From Hyphomicrobiaceae bacterium (GTDB lineage Bacteria; Pseudomonadota; Alphaproteobacteria; Rhizobiales; Hyphomicrobiaceae): 64,000 nt of DNA. Both the position numbers and the translations under genes were made by a program. How positions within the stretch are numbered: position 1 is the first letter of the stretch; the number at the start of each line of letters is the position of its first letter. The stretch covers positions 3,040 through 67,039 of the forward strand of contig JAGDYV010000029.1 of the NCBI GenBank assembly GCA_049116495.1. Reading direction: 5' to 3'. Shown piece after piece: positions 36,298 to 46,109 of this stretch. The notes under the pieces were generated by a model. That model was not told where the DNA came from, ran no database searches, and saw nothing but the letters and a program-made list of their open reading frames with translations.

Positions 36298-37803
36298 ATG
36301 AACTCGACATTGGAAACCAAGGCATCGCCCGCCGACGTCACGCAAAGGAAGATGCTCATCGACGGCGCATGGACGGACGCTATGTCGGGAGAGCGGTTCA
36401 ACGTCGACAGCCCCGCCAACCTGTCAACGCTTGCAACGGTTCCGCGCGCCACCAAGGAAGACGTGGAAGATGCCGTCAGTGCCGCGGCAAGAGCGTTTCC
36501 TGGCTGGGCGCGGGTTGTTCCGCGCGAACGGGGACGAATTCTCCAGAAAATTGCAGACCGGCTGGAAACACGCCTGGTTGAATTGGAAGTCACCCTTGCA
36601 AGCGAGACGGGTAATGCGTTGCGCACCCAGGCACGGCCGGAATCAAATGGCGTCGTCGACGTATTTCGCTATTTCGGTGGTCTCGCCAGCGAGCTCAAAG
36701 GCGAGACGATCCCGTTCGGAGATCATGTCTTGAGCTACACCCGACGCGAGCCGATTGGTGTCGTCGGCGCGATCATTCCCTGGAACGCACCCGTGCTGCT
36801 CGCCGCTTTGAAAATTGCCCCCGCCGTTTGCGCGGGAAACACTGTCGTCCTCAAGGCGGCCGAGGATGCACCGCTCGCCGTGCTGTTGCTTGCGGAAGTG
36901 TGCCAGGAATTTCTGCCCAAGGGCGTCCTCAATGTGGTCACCGGGTTCGGTCACGAAGCTGGCGCTGCCCTCTCGGCAGATCCGCGCGTGCGCAAATTGT
37001 CTTTTACCGGCTCGACCGACGTTGGCAAGATCGTCATGCGTGAAGCGGCCAATCGCATTGTCCCGGTTTCGCTGGAACTCGGCGGCAAGAGTCCTTCGAT
37101 CGTTTATCCGGATGCCAATGAGGACTGGGTTGTCGATGGCATCATTTCAGCAATGCGCTTTACCCGTCAAAGTCAGTCCTGCACGGCGGGGTCGCGGCTA
37201 TTTCTGCACGCCGACATCTTCGACAGCTTTCTCGACAAGTTGAAGCAGAAAGTCACCGCCTTGAAAATCGGCGATCCGCTCGACGAAGCGAATGACATCG
37301 GCGCAATCATCAACGAAAAACAGTTCAGGAAGGTATGCGGCTACGTCGACGAAGGCCTCGGCAATTCAGACGCCGAGCTTGTTTTCGGCGGCGCGCCGCC
37401 GAAAGAGGGACCTTTGTCCGAGGGCTATTTCGCCATACCGACGGTGTTCGCCAAGAAAGATAACAAGTGGCGCCTTGCCAGCGAAGAGATTTTTGGCCCG
37501 GTACTCGTAGCCGTGCGATGGACCGACGAAGAAGAAGTCATCCAGATGGCCAATGACAGCCACTACGGCCTCGCCGCATATGTTTGGACCCACGATATCG
37601 GACGCGCCCTGCGCACCGCGCACGCGATCGAGGCCGGTTGGGTTCAGGTCAACCAAGGCCTCGGGCAGTCGCCTGGCCACTCCTATGGCGGGGTGAAGCA
37701 ATCCGGAATCGGCCGCGAGTTCTCGCTTGAGGGCATGCTGGATAGCTACACCGAACGGAAGAACATAACCGTCAATCTCACCACCAAGTCCGCTGGCTTT
37801 TGA
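36298..37803 (+). CDS. NAD(P)-dependent aldehyde dehydrogenase
   Basis: 501 aa. IIPWNAP, FTGSTDVGK, ELGGKSP (catalytic Glu), QSCTAGSR (catalytic Cys), EEIFGPV. Confidence 0.92.
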   Translation: MNSTLETKASPADVTQRKMLIDGAWTDAMSGERFNVDSPANLSTLATVPRATKEDVEDAVSAAARAFPGWARVVPRERGRILQKIADRLETRLVELEVTLASETGNALRTQARPESNGVVDVFRYFGGLASELKGETIPFGDHVLSYTRREPIGVVGAIIPWNAPVLLAALKIAPAVCAGNTVVLKAAEDAPLAVLLLAEVCQEFLPKGVLNVVTGFGHEAGAALSADPRVRKLSFTGSTDVGKIVMREAANRIVPVSLELGGKSPSIVYPDANEDWVVDGIISAMRFTRQSQSCTAGSRLFLHADIFDSFLDKLKQKVTALKIGDPLDEANDIGAIINEKQFRKVCGYVDEGLGNSDAELVFGGAPPKEGPLSEGYFAIPTVFAKKDNKWRLASEEIFGPVLVAVRWTDEEEVIQMANDSHYGLAAYVWTHDIGRALRTAHAIEAGWVQVNQGLGQSPGHSYGGVKQSGIGREFSLEGMLDSYTERKNITVNLTTKSAGF

Positions 37804-37908
37804 AACGCCAGCAGGCTCGACGACACTGGCACCTGTGCCGCACATCCCAGGCGTGCGATTCAGAAACTCGCTCGGCCCATGCCCAGCCTTGGAAGGGGAG
37901 TTCGTCTC

Positions 37909-39180
37909 ATGGAACCAGGAACAAAGATTTCCCTTTGGGATGCCTCGGCGGCGGAAGAAGACTATGCTGCGGAGCTGGACGGAGACATCAGCACCGAACT
38001 CGCCATTGTTGGTGGTGGCTTCACTGGCCTTTCGACCGCATTGCACGCCGCTGAGAAAGGTGTGAAGGCACATGTCCTAGAAGCTCGGAGAATCGGATAC
38101 GGCGGCTCGGGACGCAATGTCGGCCTGGTCAATGCCGGACTGTGGTTGCCTCCTCAAGATGTCCGGAATCAACTTGGCGACGCGCGCGGCTCCGCATTGA
38201 TAAAGCTGCTTGGCGAGGCACCGGAGTACGTCTTCTCGCTCATAGAGAAGCATCAGATCCGTTGCGAGGCAACGCGCAACGGTACCATTCACGCCGCCCA
38301 TTCGCCGAAAGGATTTGACGATCTCGCGCGACGTGCCGACGAATGGCATCGCCTCGGCGCGCCCGTTGACCTGCTGTCGAAAGATGAGGCGGCGGAAAAA
38401 ATCGGCACCGACAAATTTCACGGCGGCTTGCTCGATCATCGTGCCGGCACGATCAACCCGATGGGTTACGTCCGCGGCCTCGCCCGCGCCGCACGCGGCG
38501 CCGGCGCCACGATCAGCACAGGCGTAACTGTCCAGCGTCTTGAGCGGCAAGTCGACGATTGGATGCTGAAGACGACACGCGGTACGGTGCGTGCCAAGCA
38601 CGTCGTGCTCGGCACCAACGCCTATTCCGACGATCTGTGGCCGGGCCTCAAAGACACCTTTACGATTATCCACTACTTCCAACTCGCTACGGAGCCGCTT
38701 GGCGATCGCGCGGCGCACATCCTCAAGGAGCGTCAAGGGCTTTGGGACACGGGCTCGATCATGTTTTCGCTACGACGCGACGCCGCGGGGCGGATTGCAA
38801 TCGGTTCCATGGGCACCGTCGTCGGCGGCATGAGTGGTCTTTCAGCACGCTGGGCGTCCCGTATGCTGCGTCGGCTGTTTCCCGAACTTGGCCCGGTGTC
38901 GTTCGAAAATGCATGGCACGGCCAGATCGCCATGACTCCCAACCATCTCCCGCGCATACACCGTCTCGCCGACGGGCTCTACACACCGATCGGTTACAAT
39001 GGCCGCGGGATCACGCCAGGCACCATGTTTGGCAGAGCCATGGCAGGATTGCTGACCGGCGAGAGTGAAGACGGCCTTCCCTTGCCGGTCACAGATCTGG
39101 TTACCGTGCCGAACCGCTCGATGATGTCACGCATATACCAGACTGCATTCACGATGAACCAATTGATCAAGAGCATTTAA
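37909..39180 (+). CDS. FAD-dependent oxidoreductase (DAO family; gamma-glutamylputrescine oxidase/PuuB-like)
   Basis: ATG 37909 follows GGAAGGGGAG. ELAIVGGGFTGLSTALHAAEKG dinucleotide-binding motif. Size and layout match the DAO family. Confidence 0.8.
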   Translation: MEPGTKISLWDASAAEEDYAAELDGDISTELAIVGGGFTGLSTALHAAEKGVKAHVLEARRIGYGGSGRNVGLVNAGLWLPPQDVRNQLGDARGSALIKLLGEAPEYVFSLIEKHQIRCEATRNGTIHAAHSPKGFDDLARRADEWHRLGAPVDLLSKDEAAEKIGTDKFHGGLLDHRAGTINPMGYVRGLARAARGAGATISTGVTVQRLERQVDDWMLKTTRGTVRAKHVVLGTNAYSDDLWPGLKDTFTIIHYFQLATEPLGDRAAHILKERQGLWDTGSIMFSLRRDAAGRIAIGSMGTVVGGMSGLSARWASRMLRRLFPELGPVSFENAWHGQIAMTPNHLPRIHRLADGLYTPIGYNGRGITPGTMFGRAMAGLLTGESEDGLPLPVTDLVTVPNRSMMSRIYQTAFTMNQLIKSI

Positions 39181-39440
39181 GAACAATGCCGCCTTGCTGC
39201 AGTTCGGCGCAAAGATCCGAGCCCCACCTGCCGGCATGACAGATTGGCGTTGTTACAGACCCGCGGTGATTGTCGGTCTCGATCCAGTATCCAGATAGAT
39301 CAGATCGGGACTTCAAAAGCAGTACGCCTCCAGATTGGAAAGGCTCCATGCACGTTTTTGAGCAAATGCTATTGGCGGTTCTCTGACGCTGCACCAAGCT
39401 GCGCAAAATCCTCGATACTTATTGCAGAGGTATCACCGTC

Positions 39441-40337
39441 TCACGACCCTGGCACAACACCTGCGGGCAACGTGGCGCAATAACGTGCAATCTCGCCCGG
39501 TGTCGTTAGCCACAGCTTGTCGCGATGGGCCATCACATGATCGAGTGCACGACGCAACGCGGCGAGGCGGAACGGCTGGCCTATGACAAACGGATGGCAT
39601 GTGATTGCAAAGACCAGCGGATACTTTTCCGACTGACGTAGCATTTCGTCGAACTGATCCGTGATCATCTGCTCGAAGTCAGTGCCGGTATGTTGGCGGG
39701 TAACCATCGCCGGCGCATCATTCAATTCAACAGGATAGGGGACTGATAGGATGCGCCCACTACGCGTCTTCATCCAGAACGGTTGGTCATCGGCGGGCCA
39801 GTCCATGATGTAGCTATATCCAGCTTCCTGCAGCAGGTCGGCCGTGATGCGCCCCTGCGCAAGCCACGGACCCAGCCAACCTTGCGGCCGTTGGCCCGCA
39901 TGCCGCGTGATGACTTCGGTGCACTCGGCAATCAGGTGTGCTTCGTCTTCCTCCCAAAGACCGTCCTGCCGCTCGGAGTTAGTACGACCGTGGCCGATAA
40001 ACTCGTCGCCGCGCTCACGCATACGAGCCGCAATTTCTGGACAGGCGTCAAGCACCGTCGAGTTGACGTTATGCGAAGCCGGCAGCTGGTATTCGTCGAG
40101 CAGATCGAAATAATACCAAATTCCGACGCGATTGCCGTATTCACGCCAGCCGTAGTTGCGCTGGTTCTGGGCCGGCGAGCCGGGCACGGCCTGGTCGATA
40201 CCAAGCCCGGCCATGAAGGCGAAGTGCTCAATGTTGTTGTTGATACAGAAGGCAAGGCGCTTCTCGCCAGGCCATTCGTAAGTTTTGCGCTTCGGCAACG
40301 GGACGTAGCCATAACGCCCGTGATGCGGCAACATCAT
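39441..40337 (-). CDS. Polysaccharide deacetylase-family hydrolase (PuuE/allantoinase-like subgroup)
   Basis: 298 aa from ATG 40337 (AGGAG 8 nt upstream). YEWPGEKRLAFCINNNIEHF..., GHGRTNSE, and ITCHPFVIGQPFR are typical of the cytoplasmic PuuE-like deacetylase fold. Confidence 0.7.
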   Translation of the reverse strand: MMLPHHGRYGYVPLPKRKTYEWPGEKRLAFCINNNIEHFAFMAGLGIDQAVPGSPAQNQRNYGWREYGNRVGIWYYFDLLDEYQLPASHNVNSTVLDACPEIAARMRERGDEFIGHGRTNSERQDGLWEEDEAHLIAECTEVITRHAGQRPQGWLGPWLAQGRITADLLQEAGYSYIMDWPADDQPFWMKTRSGRILSVPYPVELNDAPAMVTRQHTGTDFEQMITDQFDEMLRQSEKYPLVFAITCHPFVIGQPFRLAALRRALDHVMAHRDKLWLTTPGEIARYCATLPAGVVPGS

Positions 40338-40631
40338 CGAGTTTGCTCCTGCTGATCGCACATTCGTGACAAGCTTTAATTGCTTGACGATTTCACCTCG
40401 ACCACAGCAATTGCTGTCAGAAAACACGTCGACACCCTAAATCCATAGTCCGTATGTCATCACCCCTTGGCAACCCGCAGGCTATAGAACTCTCATTTTT
40501 AAACATGTGAAATGCACGAAACGCGTATAACGAGATATACTTGACCGGCCAATGAGCACCTAAAGCCTCGCCGCGACGTCGGCAACGCTGGACCACTCCT
40601 GTCAGACAACCCTCGACTCCAGGACATCCCG

Positions 40632-42095
40632 ATGACCGCCGCCAACATTGTAATTCGCAACGTGCAACTGATTGACGGCACGGGCGCACCTAGCCGACCG
40701 GCCGATGTCGCCTTTACCGACGACCGCATCAGCGCGATTGGCGAAACGCTCAATCTCAGCGCGGCCGAGGAAATCGATGCGCAGGGCCTCATCCTCGCGC
40801 CCGGCTTCATCGACGCCCACACCCATGATGACCGTATCGTTCTGGTCGACCCGGCGATGAGCTGCAAGATCAGCCAGGGCGTCACGACCGTGGTGACCGG
40901 CAACTGTGGCATATCCATTGCTCCTGTTAGCATCGACCAACGCCCGCCTGCGCCGCTTGACCTGATCGGTAAAGCGCCCGACCAGTTCTTTGGATCGTTC
41001 TCAGATTATTTTGGTGCTTTGGACGCCGCACCGCCCGCCGTCAACGTGGTCGCACAGGCCGGTCACAGCTCACTGCGCGTCATGGCAATGAGCGAACTTG
41101 ACCGCCCAGCGACGCCCGCGGAAATCGATGCGATGCGCGGGGCCCTGAAACAAGCAATGATGGACGGCGCCGCCGGCCTCTCTACTGGCCTGGCCTATCA
41201 GCCAGCCCATGCGGCGCCAACGGAAGAGATCGAGGCATTGGCAGCCGTGACGGCAGAGTTTAACGGCTTTCACTCAACCCATATGCGCGACGAGGGCCAA
41301 GGCGTCATGACCTCCCTCGCAGAGACATTCCGTATCGGGCAGACGGCGCGCATTCCCGTCATCATTTCACACCACAAGTGCTCAGGCATTCCCAACCACG
41401 GCCAATCGCGCAACACGCTGCCGTTCATCGAAGAATCCCGCGCCAAACAGCCCATCGCGCTTGATTGTTATCCCTATGTTGCAAGCTCGACGGTGCTTGA
41501 CACGGCCCGTGTTGCCGAGGCGTCGAAAACCGTTATTGCCTGGTCAACAAAGCTTCCAGAGCAGGCCGGCAAGGACTTGGCCGACATCGCAAAGGATTTG
41601 TCGCTCAGTATTGATGAGGCGATCAACGCGCTGCAACCAGCTGGGGCCATCTACTTCAATATGAACGAGGAAGACGTGCGCCGCATTCTCAGCTTCCCCG
41701 CCACCATGATCGGCTCCGACGGTCTGCCACACGATGAGTTTCCGCATCCGCGCCTGTGGGGCACCTTCCCGCGCGTTCTTGGCCATTATTCGCGCGATGT
41801 TGGGCTGTTTTCGCTGGAAGAAGCCGTTCGGAAAATGACATCACTGACGGCGTCGGCGTTCGGCATCAAGGACCGCGGCGTCATTGTCGAAGGCAACTTT
41901 GCCGATGTGGTCCTGTTCGACGCAAAGACTATTGTCGATTCAGCCACGTTCGAGAATCCTGCAGAGCCAGCCGCCGGGATTTCGAAGGTGTTCGTCAACG
42001 GCGCATGCGTCTGGCAGGACGGGACGGCAACCGGATCACGTCCCGGACGCGGCCTGCGGCGCCAATCCCTGACACCGCTGCATTTCGCAGCTTAG
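40632..42095 (+). CDS. N-acyl-D-amino-acid deacylase (D-aminoacylase) family amidohydrolase
   Basis: IRNVQLIDGTGAPSRPADVAFTDDRISAIG...LILAPGFIDAHTHDD N-terminus, GSDGLPHDEFPHPRLWGTFPRVLG, and C-terminal FENPAEPAAGISKVFVNG are all characteristic of D-aminoacylases. Confidence 0.88.
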   Translation: MTAANIVIRNVQLIDGTGAPSRPADVAFTDDRISAIGETLNLSAAEEIDAQGLILAPGFIDAHTHDDRIVLVDPAMSCKISQGVTTVVTGNCGISIAPVSIDQRPPAPLDLIGKAPDQFFGSFSDYFGALDAAPPAVNVVAQAGHSSLRVMAMSELDRPATPAEIDAMRGALKQAMMDGAAGLSTGLAYQPAHAAPTEEIEALAAVTAEFNGFHSTHMRDEGQGVMTSLAETFRIGQTARIPVIISHHKCSGIPNHGQSRNTLPFIEESRAKQPIALDCYPYVASSTVLDTARVAEASKTVIAWSTKLPEQAGKDLADIAKDLSLSIDEAINALQPAGAIYFNMNEEDVRRILSFPATMIGSDGLPHDEFPHPRLWGTFPRVLGHYSRDVGLFSLEEAVRKMTSLTASAFGIKDRGVIVEGNFADVVLFDAKTIVDSATFENPAEPAAGISKVFVNGACVWQDGTATGSRPGRGLRRQSLTPLHFAA

Positions 42096-42162
42096 TTGCC
42101 GACCCTTTTGTCGACCTCCGCGTTGATCTTGATTCATTCGCCACTTTGCCCAGGAGAAGGTT

Positions 42163-43281
42163 GTGGAGTTACCGAGTACCGAAGAGCTTCTCAACAGCAT
42201 CCGTCGCTGGGTCGAGATTGAAAGCAAATCCGCCAATGCTGCCGGCGTCAACCGCATGATGGATGATGTCGAGGGGTTGTTTCGTAAAGCAGGTGCACAC
42301 GTCGAGCGCATTCCCAACCAGGACGGGTTCGGCGACTGCGTATCGGTCGCGTCGCCGTGGGGCGGGGACGGCCCCGGTATCCTGGTGCTGAGCCATCTCG
42401 ATACCGTCCACCCGACGGGCACGCTGGAGGCCAATCCGTTTCGCGTCGACGGTGACAGGGCCTACGGGCCTGGCAGCTATGACATGAAGGGTGGTGCCTA
42501 CCTCGGTTTCGCCGCCTATCAATCACTGGTCTGCGAAAGCCTGCAGACGCCGCTGCCAATTCGGTTTCTTTACGTCTCCGACGAAGAAGTCGGCAGCCGA
42601 TCGTCACGCGCCCTCATCGAGGCCGCCGGCGACAAGGCGAAGTATGTGCTCGTAACGGAGCCCGCCCGGCGTGACGGCAAGGTCGTCACCGGCAGAAGGG
42701 GAAGCGCACGCTACGAGATCACGGCACGAGGCCGGCCCGCTCACTCCGGCACGCAGCACGCCGAGGGGCGCAGTGCCATTCGCGAACTTGCCCGGCATAT
42801 TCTCGTGATCGAAGACCAGACCGACTATGCACGCGACATGAACTTCAATGTCGGCCACATCATCGGCGGCACGACGCCTAACACCGTTCCGGAGTTCTGC
42901 ACGGCACAGATTGATTTGCGCGTCGGGGCCGTCGACGAGTTCGAGGAAATGGACGCTTTTGTCCGCAGCCTCAAACCAGTTGATCCAGATGTCGAACTCA
43001 CCATTACGGGGCAACTTAATCGACCGCCCTATAAAAAAACGCCGGCGATTCAAGCGTTGTACGAACACGCCAGGAAGCTGGCAAACGAACTTGGCTTCGA
43101 TATCAAGGATACGGCGACGGGCGGCGGCAGCGACGGAAGTTTTGTTGCCGCGAAAGTCCCGACGCTGGATGGCCTCGGAGTTGGCGGTGATGGTGCGCAC
43201 ACGCTCGATGAATACATGCTGATCTCATCGCTGCAACCACGACTGGGCTTGATGCGCCGCTTGATGGAAACGCTGGAATAG
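42163..43281 (+). CDS. M20-family metallopeptidase (carboxypeptidase G2/glutamate carboxypeptidase-like)
   Basis: GTG start after AGGAGAAGG. LSHLDTVHP, GPGSYDMKGG, VSDEEVGS, and GGGSDGS motifs of M20 peptidases. Confidence 0.85.
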   Translation: MELPSTEELLNSIRRWVEIESKSANAAGVNRMMDDVEGLFRKAGAHVERIPNQDGFGDCVSVASPWGGDGPGILVLSHLDTVHPTGTLEANPFRVDGDRAYGPGSYDMKGGAYLGFAAYQSLVCESLQTPLPIRFLYVSDEEVGSRSSRALIEAAGDKAKYVLVTEPARRDGKVVTGRRGSARYEITARGRPAHSGTQHAEGRSAIRELARHILVIEDQTDYARDMNFNVGHIIGGTTPNTVPEFCTAQIDLRVGAVDEFEEMDAFVRSLKPVDPDVELTITGQLNRPPYKKTPAIQALYEHARKLANELGFDIKDTATGGGSDGSFVAAKVPTLDGLGVGGDGAHTLDEYMLISSLQPRLGLMRRLMETLE

Positions 43282-43287
43282 CGATCG

Positions 43288-44076
43288 TTAAGATATATCC
43301 AGGTAGTCCCGTAGCGCGATCATCAACGTCACCAAACCGATGATCGCAAGAATGATGAGCGCAGCGCCACGATAGTATTTGGCGCCGCCGCCTGAAAAGA
43401 ACCGACTGCCAAACCACGTCCCGAATGAATACAGCGGCAGCAACACCAATCCAATCACGATCGCCTGACGAGTGAACAAACCGTAGTAGTAGAGTGGCGG
43501 CAAAGACGACAACGAGATCGCCGTCATTACGGCCAGCACGTTTCCGCGTTGTCGCTCAGGCGCGCCGGCACGCGACAATGCAACCGCGACAACCGGCGGC
43601 CCGCCAATGCCGGCCGCGCCCTGCACCAGGCCGCCAACCGTTCCGGCAAATAACAGAATGCGCGCACTGACTTTCTCCTTCAGGCTCCACCCCATTGCCA
43701 GGAAACCGACCATCGAGACGACAATTGCCGAAATGACGATCTTCATCAAACCCTGATCGACGGCGATTAGTATCCAGGTTCCGATTGGCGTTGCGGCAAA
43801 GATCGCTATTGCCATGGGAACCACAATCGCACGCTCGCTATAGCGGATCGCGTCGGGCAACAGTTGAACCGTGGAAGGCAAGCCCATAACTGTTACGATC
43901 GGCACCGCGGCATGCGGACCAAACACAAGGCTGATCACCGGAATAGTCACGAGTGCCGCGCCGAACCCGATAAAGCCTCTGAGAAATCCAGCAAACAACG
44001 TCGCAAGCACAATGATTGCGAAATGCCGATCAAGCGTCACGCCGGTGAGCTCGCTCACCCAGTCAGCTGAGATCAC
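43288..44076 (-). CDS. TauE/SafE-family anion (sulfite) exporter membrane protein
   Basis: 262 aa, GTG start. Polytopic, with internally repeated GxGGG-type segments (GFLRGFIGFGAALVTIP and GLVQGAAGIGGPPV) typical of TauE/SafE. Confidence 0.8.
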   Translation of the reverse strand: MISADWVSELTGVTLDRHFAIIVLATLFAGFLRGFIGFGAALVTIPVISLVFGPHAAVPIVTVMGLPSTVQLLPDAIRYSERAIVVPMAIAIFAATPIGTWILIAVDQGLMKIVISAIVVSMVGFLAMGWSLKEKVSARILLFAGTVGGLVQGAAGIGGPPVVAVALSRAGAPERQRGNVLAVMTAISLSSLPPLYYYGLFTRQAIVIGLVLLPLYSFGTWFGSRFFSGGGAKYYRGAALIILAIIGLVTLMIALRDYLDIS

Positions 44077-44438
44077 GGTCTGTCATCACCGCAACGATGC
44101 TCTCTTTTTATCGATCATTTTCTGCAATCCTATTGTGCCGCGTCAACAAGTATGCGCCCGATTCACCGAGAGCGCAAAGGCGTCCGGCCACGCGCTAGTC
44201 GGGATGATTGAGTTCTCTCTCCTATCATTCGCGGACAACGAATGCGTGCCGAATCATCATTTTCTCTTGGCATACCAACCACCAGATGCCATGTTCTGCC
44301 CGTGAAGCCTAAACAGGCACGGACGCGTGAAGACGTCCGGCCGGTGCAGATCAGGGAGCGGGCGTTTGCCATACTCAAACGCTTATCGAAACGCCATCCG
44401 CGAGCAAAGCGCTCGAGGAAACGGGAGGACCGACTTCA

Positions 44439-45410
44439 ATGAACCTCAAGTTGATATCATCCGCATTTTTGGCATCCGGGTTGCTGACTGTGCCGGCGCT
44501 GGCTGAATGGAAACCAGCCAAGCCGGTTGAATTCGTCGTGATGGCCGGTAAAGGCGGCGGTGCAGACAAGGCCGTGCGCTACATGCAGGGCATTATCGCC
44601 GAAGAAAAACTCGGGCCGACCGTCACGCCGGTCAATAAGGCCGGTGGATCCGGTGCCGTTGCACTTAATTACCTCAAGGGTAAGAAGGGCGACAATCACA
44701 CCATCATGTTCACACTGAATAGCTTCTACACGACACCGCTGCGCCAACCGAAGCTTGGCGTCAAGATTGAAGCCTTCACGCCGATCATGCGTATGGCGGA
44801 AGATACCTTTTGTCTGTGGGTCAACAAAAAGCGCAAAGACGGCAAGGAGATCAAAACGGTCGACGAGTTCGTTGCGGCTGCCAAAGCGGCTGGCGATAAA
44901 TGGATCATGGCCGGTACCGGCAAGAACTCCGAAGATAACCTGCTGACCGACTTCCTCAACACTGCCTATGGCCTCAAGATGAAGTACGTGCCCTACAAAG
45001 GCGGCGGCAAGGTTGCAAAACAGTTGGCCGGCAACAACGCTGACTCGACCGTCAACAATCCATCCGAGCAGGAAGGATTCTACAAGGGCGGTCAAACCCG
45101 GCCATTGGCATGCTTTACTGACGAACGTATCGGGTTGTTTCCCGACGCGCCGACGTTCAAGGAACTTGGCAAGGATTTCGTCTACTACATGCAGCGCACC
45201 GTCGTTGGCGCTCCGGGCATGAGTGCAGACGCCGCAAAGTACTACAACACGCTGTTCACGAAAGTGTTCAATTCTAAGAAGTGGCAGTCCTACCGCACCA
45301 AAAAGGCGCTTCAAGGGAAGCCTTTGGCTGGCGATGAACTGATGGCGTATTGGAAAAAAGAACGCGGCATCCATGAGGTCATGTTGAAGAAGATGGGCGC
45401 GATTAAGTAG
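44439..45410 (+). CDS. tctC: Tripartite tricarboxylate transporter substrate-binding protein (Bug/TctC family)
   Basis: Signal peptide MNLKLISSAFLASGLLTVPALA. KPVEFVVMAGKGGGADK... and YKGGGKVAKQLAGNN motifs of the Bug family. Followed by tctB and tctA. Confidence 0.88.
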   Translation: MNLKLISSAFLASGLLTVPALAEWKPAKPVEFVVMAGKGGGADKAVRYMQGIIAEEKLGPTVTPVNKAGGSGAVALNYLKGKKGDNHTIMFTLNSFYTTPLRQPKLGVKIEAFTPIMRMAEDTFCLWVNKKRKDGKEIKTVDEFVAAAKAAGDKWIMAGTGKNSEDNLLTDFLNTAYGLKMKYVPYKGGGKVAKQLAGNNADSTVNNPSEQEGFYKGGQTRPLACFTDERIGLFPDAPTFKELGKDFVYYMQRTVVGAPGMSADAAKYYNTLFTKVFNSKKWQSYRTKKALQGKPLAGDELMAYWKKERGIHEVMLKKMGAIK

Positions 45411-45475
45411 CCGGATAACCGATCTGACATTTGATACCGCCACAAAGACCAAGCGGAAGCCGGAGCAGGTTTGTC

Positions 45476-46024
45476 ATGAGTGTTCGTACAGCGGAACTTC
45501 TGATGGCAATACTCATGGCAGCTTTCTCCGGCTACCTCATGATGAAGAGTACGGAACTTCCTTTTGGGTGGATCCCTGACGAGGGTCCCGGCGGAGGCGC
45601 ATGGCCGTTCTGGCTGTCTGCTATCATGTTGATTTGCTGCATCGTTATGCTGGTCAACTGGGTCCGCCGCAAGAGTGCACCATCCCAATCTACCGAACCG
45701 TTTTTCCCACGTGGCGTGCTGCTCGATTCAGGCTCGGTTGCGCTTGCCTTGTTTTTGACGATTGGTCTGTTTGACGGCCTGACCTTGGGCGGCGTGCCCG
45801 TCCTCCCGGCACTTGGCGCCTACGTCGCGATCTTCCTGTTTTTGGTGTTTTATGTCGGTGTTCTCGGACGACATAGCGTTGCGATCACTGCCTTGTTCTC
45901 GATTGCCGTGCCAGTGGCAACATTTCTGTTTTTCGAGTTGGCGCTCAAGATCATCCTGCCGAAAGGCATCACCGAACCTTTCTTCCTTCCGATCTTTAAA
46001 TTTTTCGGCTTGGCTGGCCTCTAG
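45476..46024 (+). CDS. tctB: Tripartite tricarboxylate transporter small membrane subunit (TctB family)
   Basis: 182 aa from ATG 45476 (GGAG upstream). Four hydrophobic spans, positioned between tctC and tctA. Confidence 0.75.
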   Translation: MSVRTAELLMAILMAAFSGYLMMKSTELPFGWIPDEGPGGGAWPFWLSAIMLICCIVMLVNWVRRKSAPSQSTEPFFPRGVLLDSGSVALALFLTIGLFDGLTLGGVPVLPALGAYVAIFLFLVFYVGVLGRHSVAITALFSIAVPVATFLFFELALKIILPKGITEPFFLPIFKFFGLAGL

Positions 46025-46109
46025 TCGAATGGGTTCCGACCGACACAGCACGATCAAACGCGCTGATTGCTTCGCGTTGGCGTCGACAAGCACTGCCGAA
46101 GGGTAATAT

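Noticed and set aside
37827-37842. Sigma-54-like element TGGCAC-ctgtg-CCGCA upstream of the FAD oxidoreductase gene.
   Set aside because: The GG-N10-GC spacing fits, but the -12 box has CC instead of TT. No enhancer-binding protein gene is in the window, and it is a single unsupported match.
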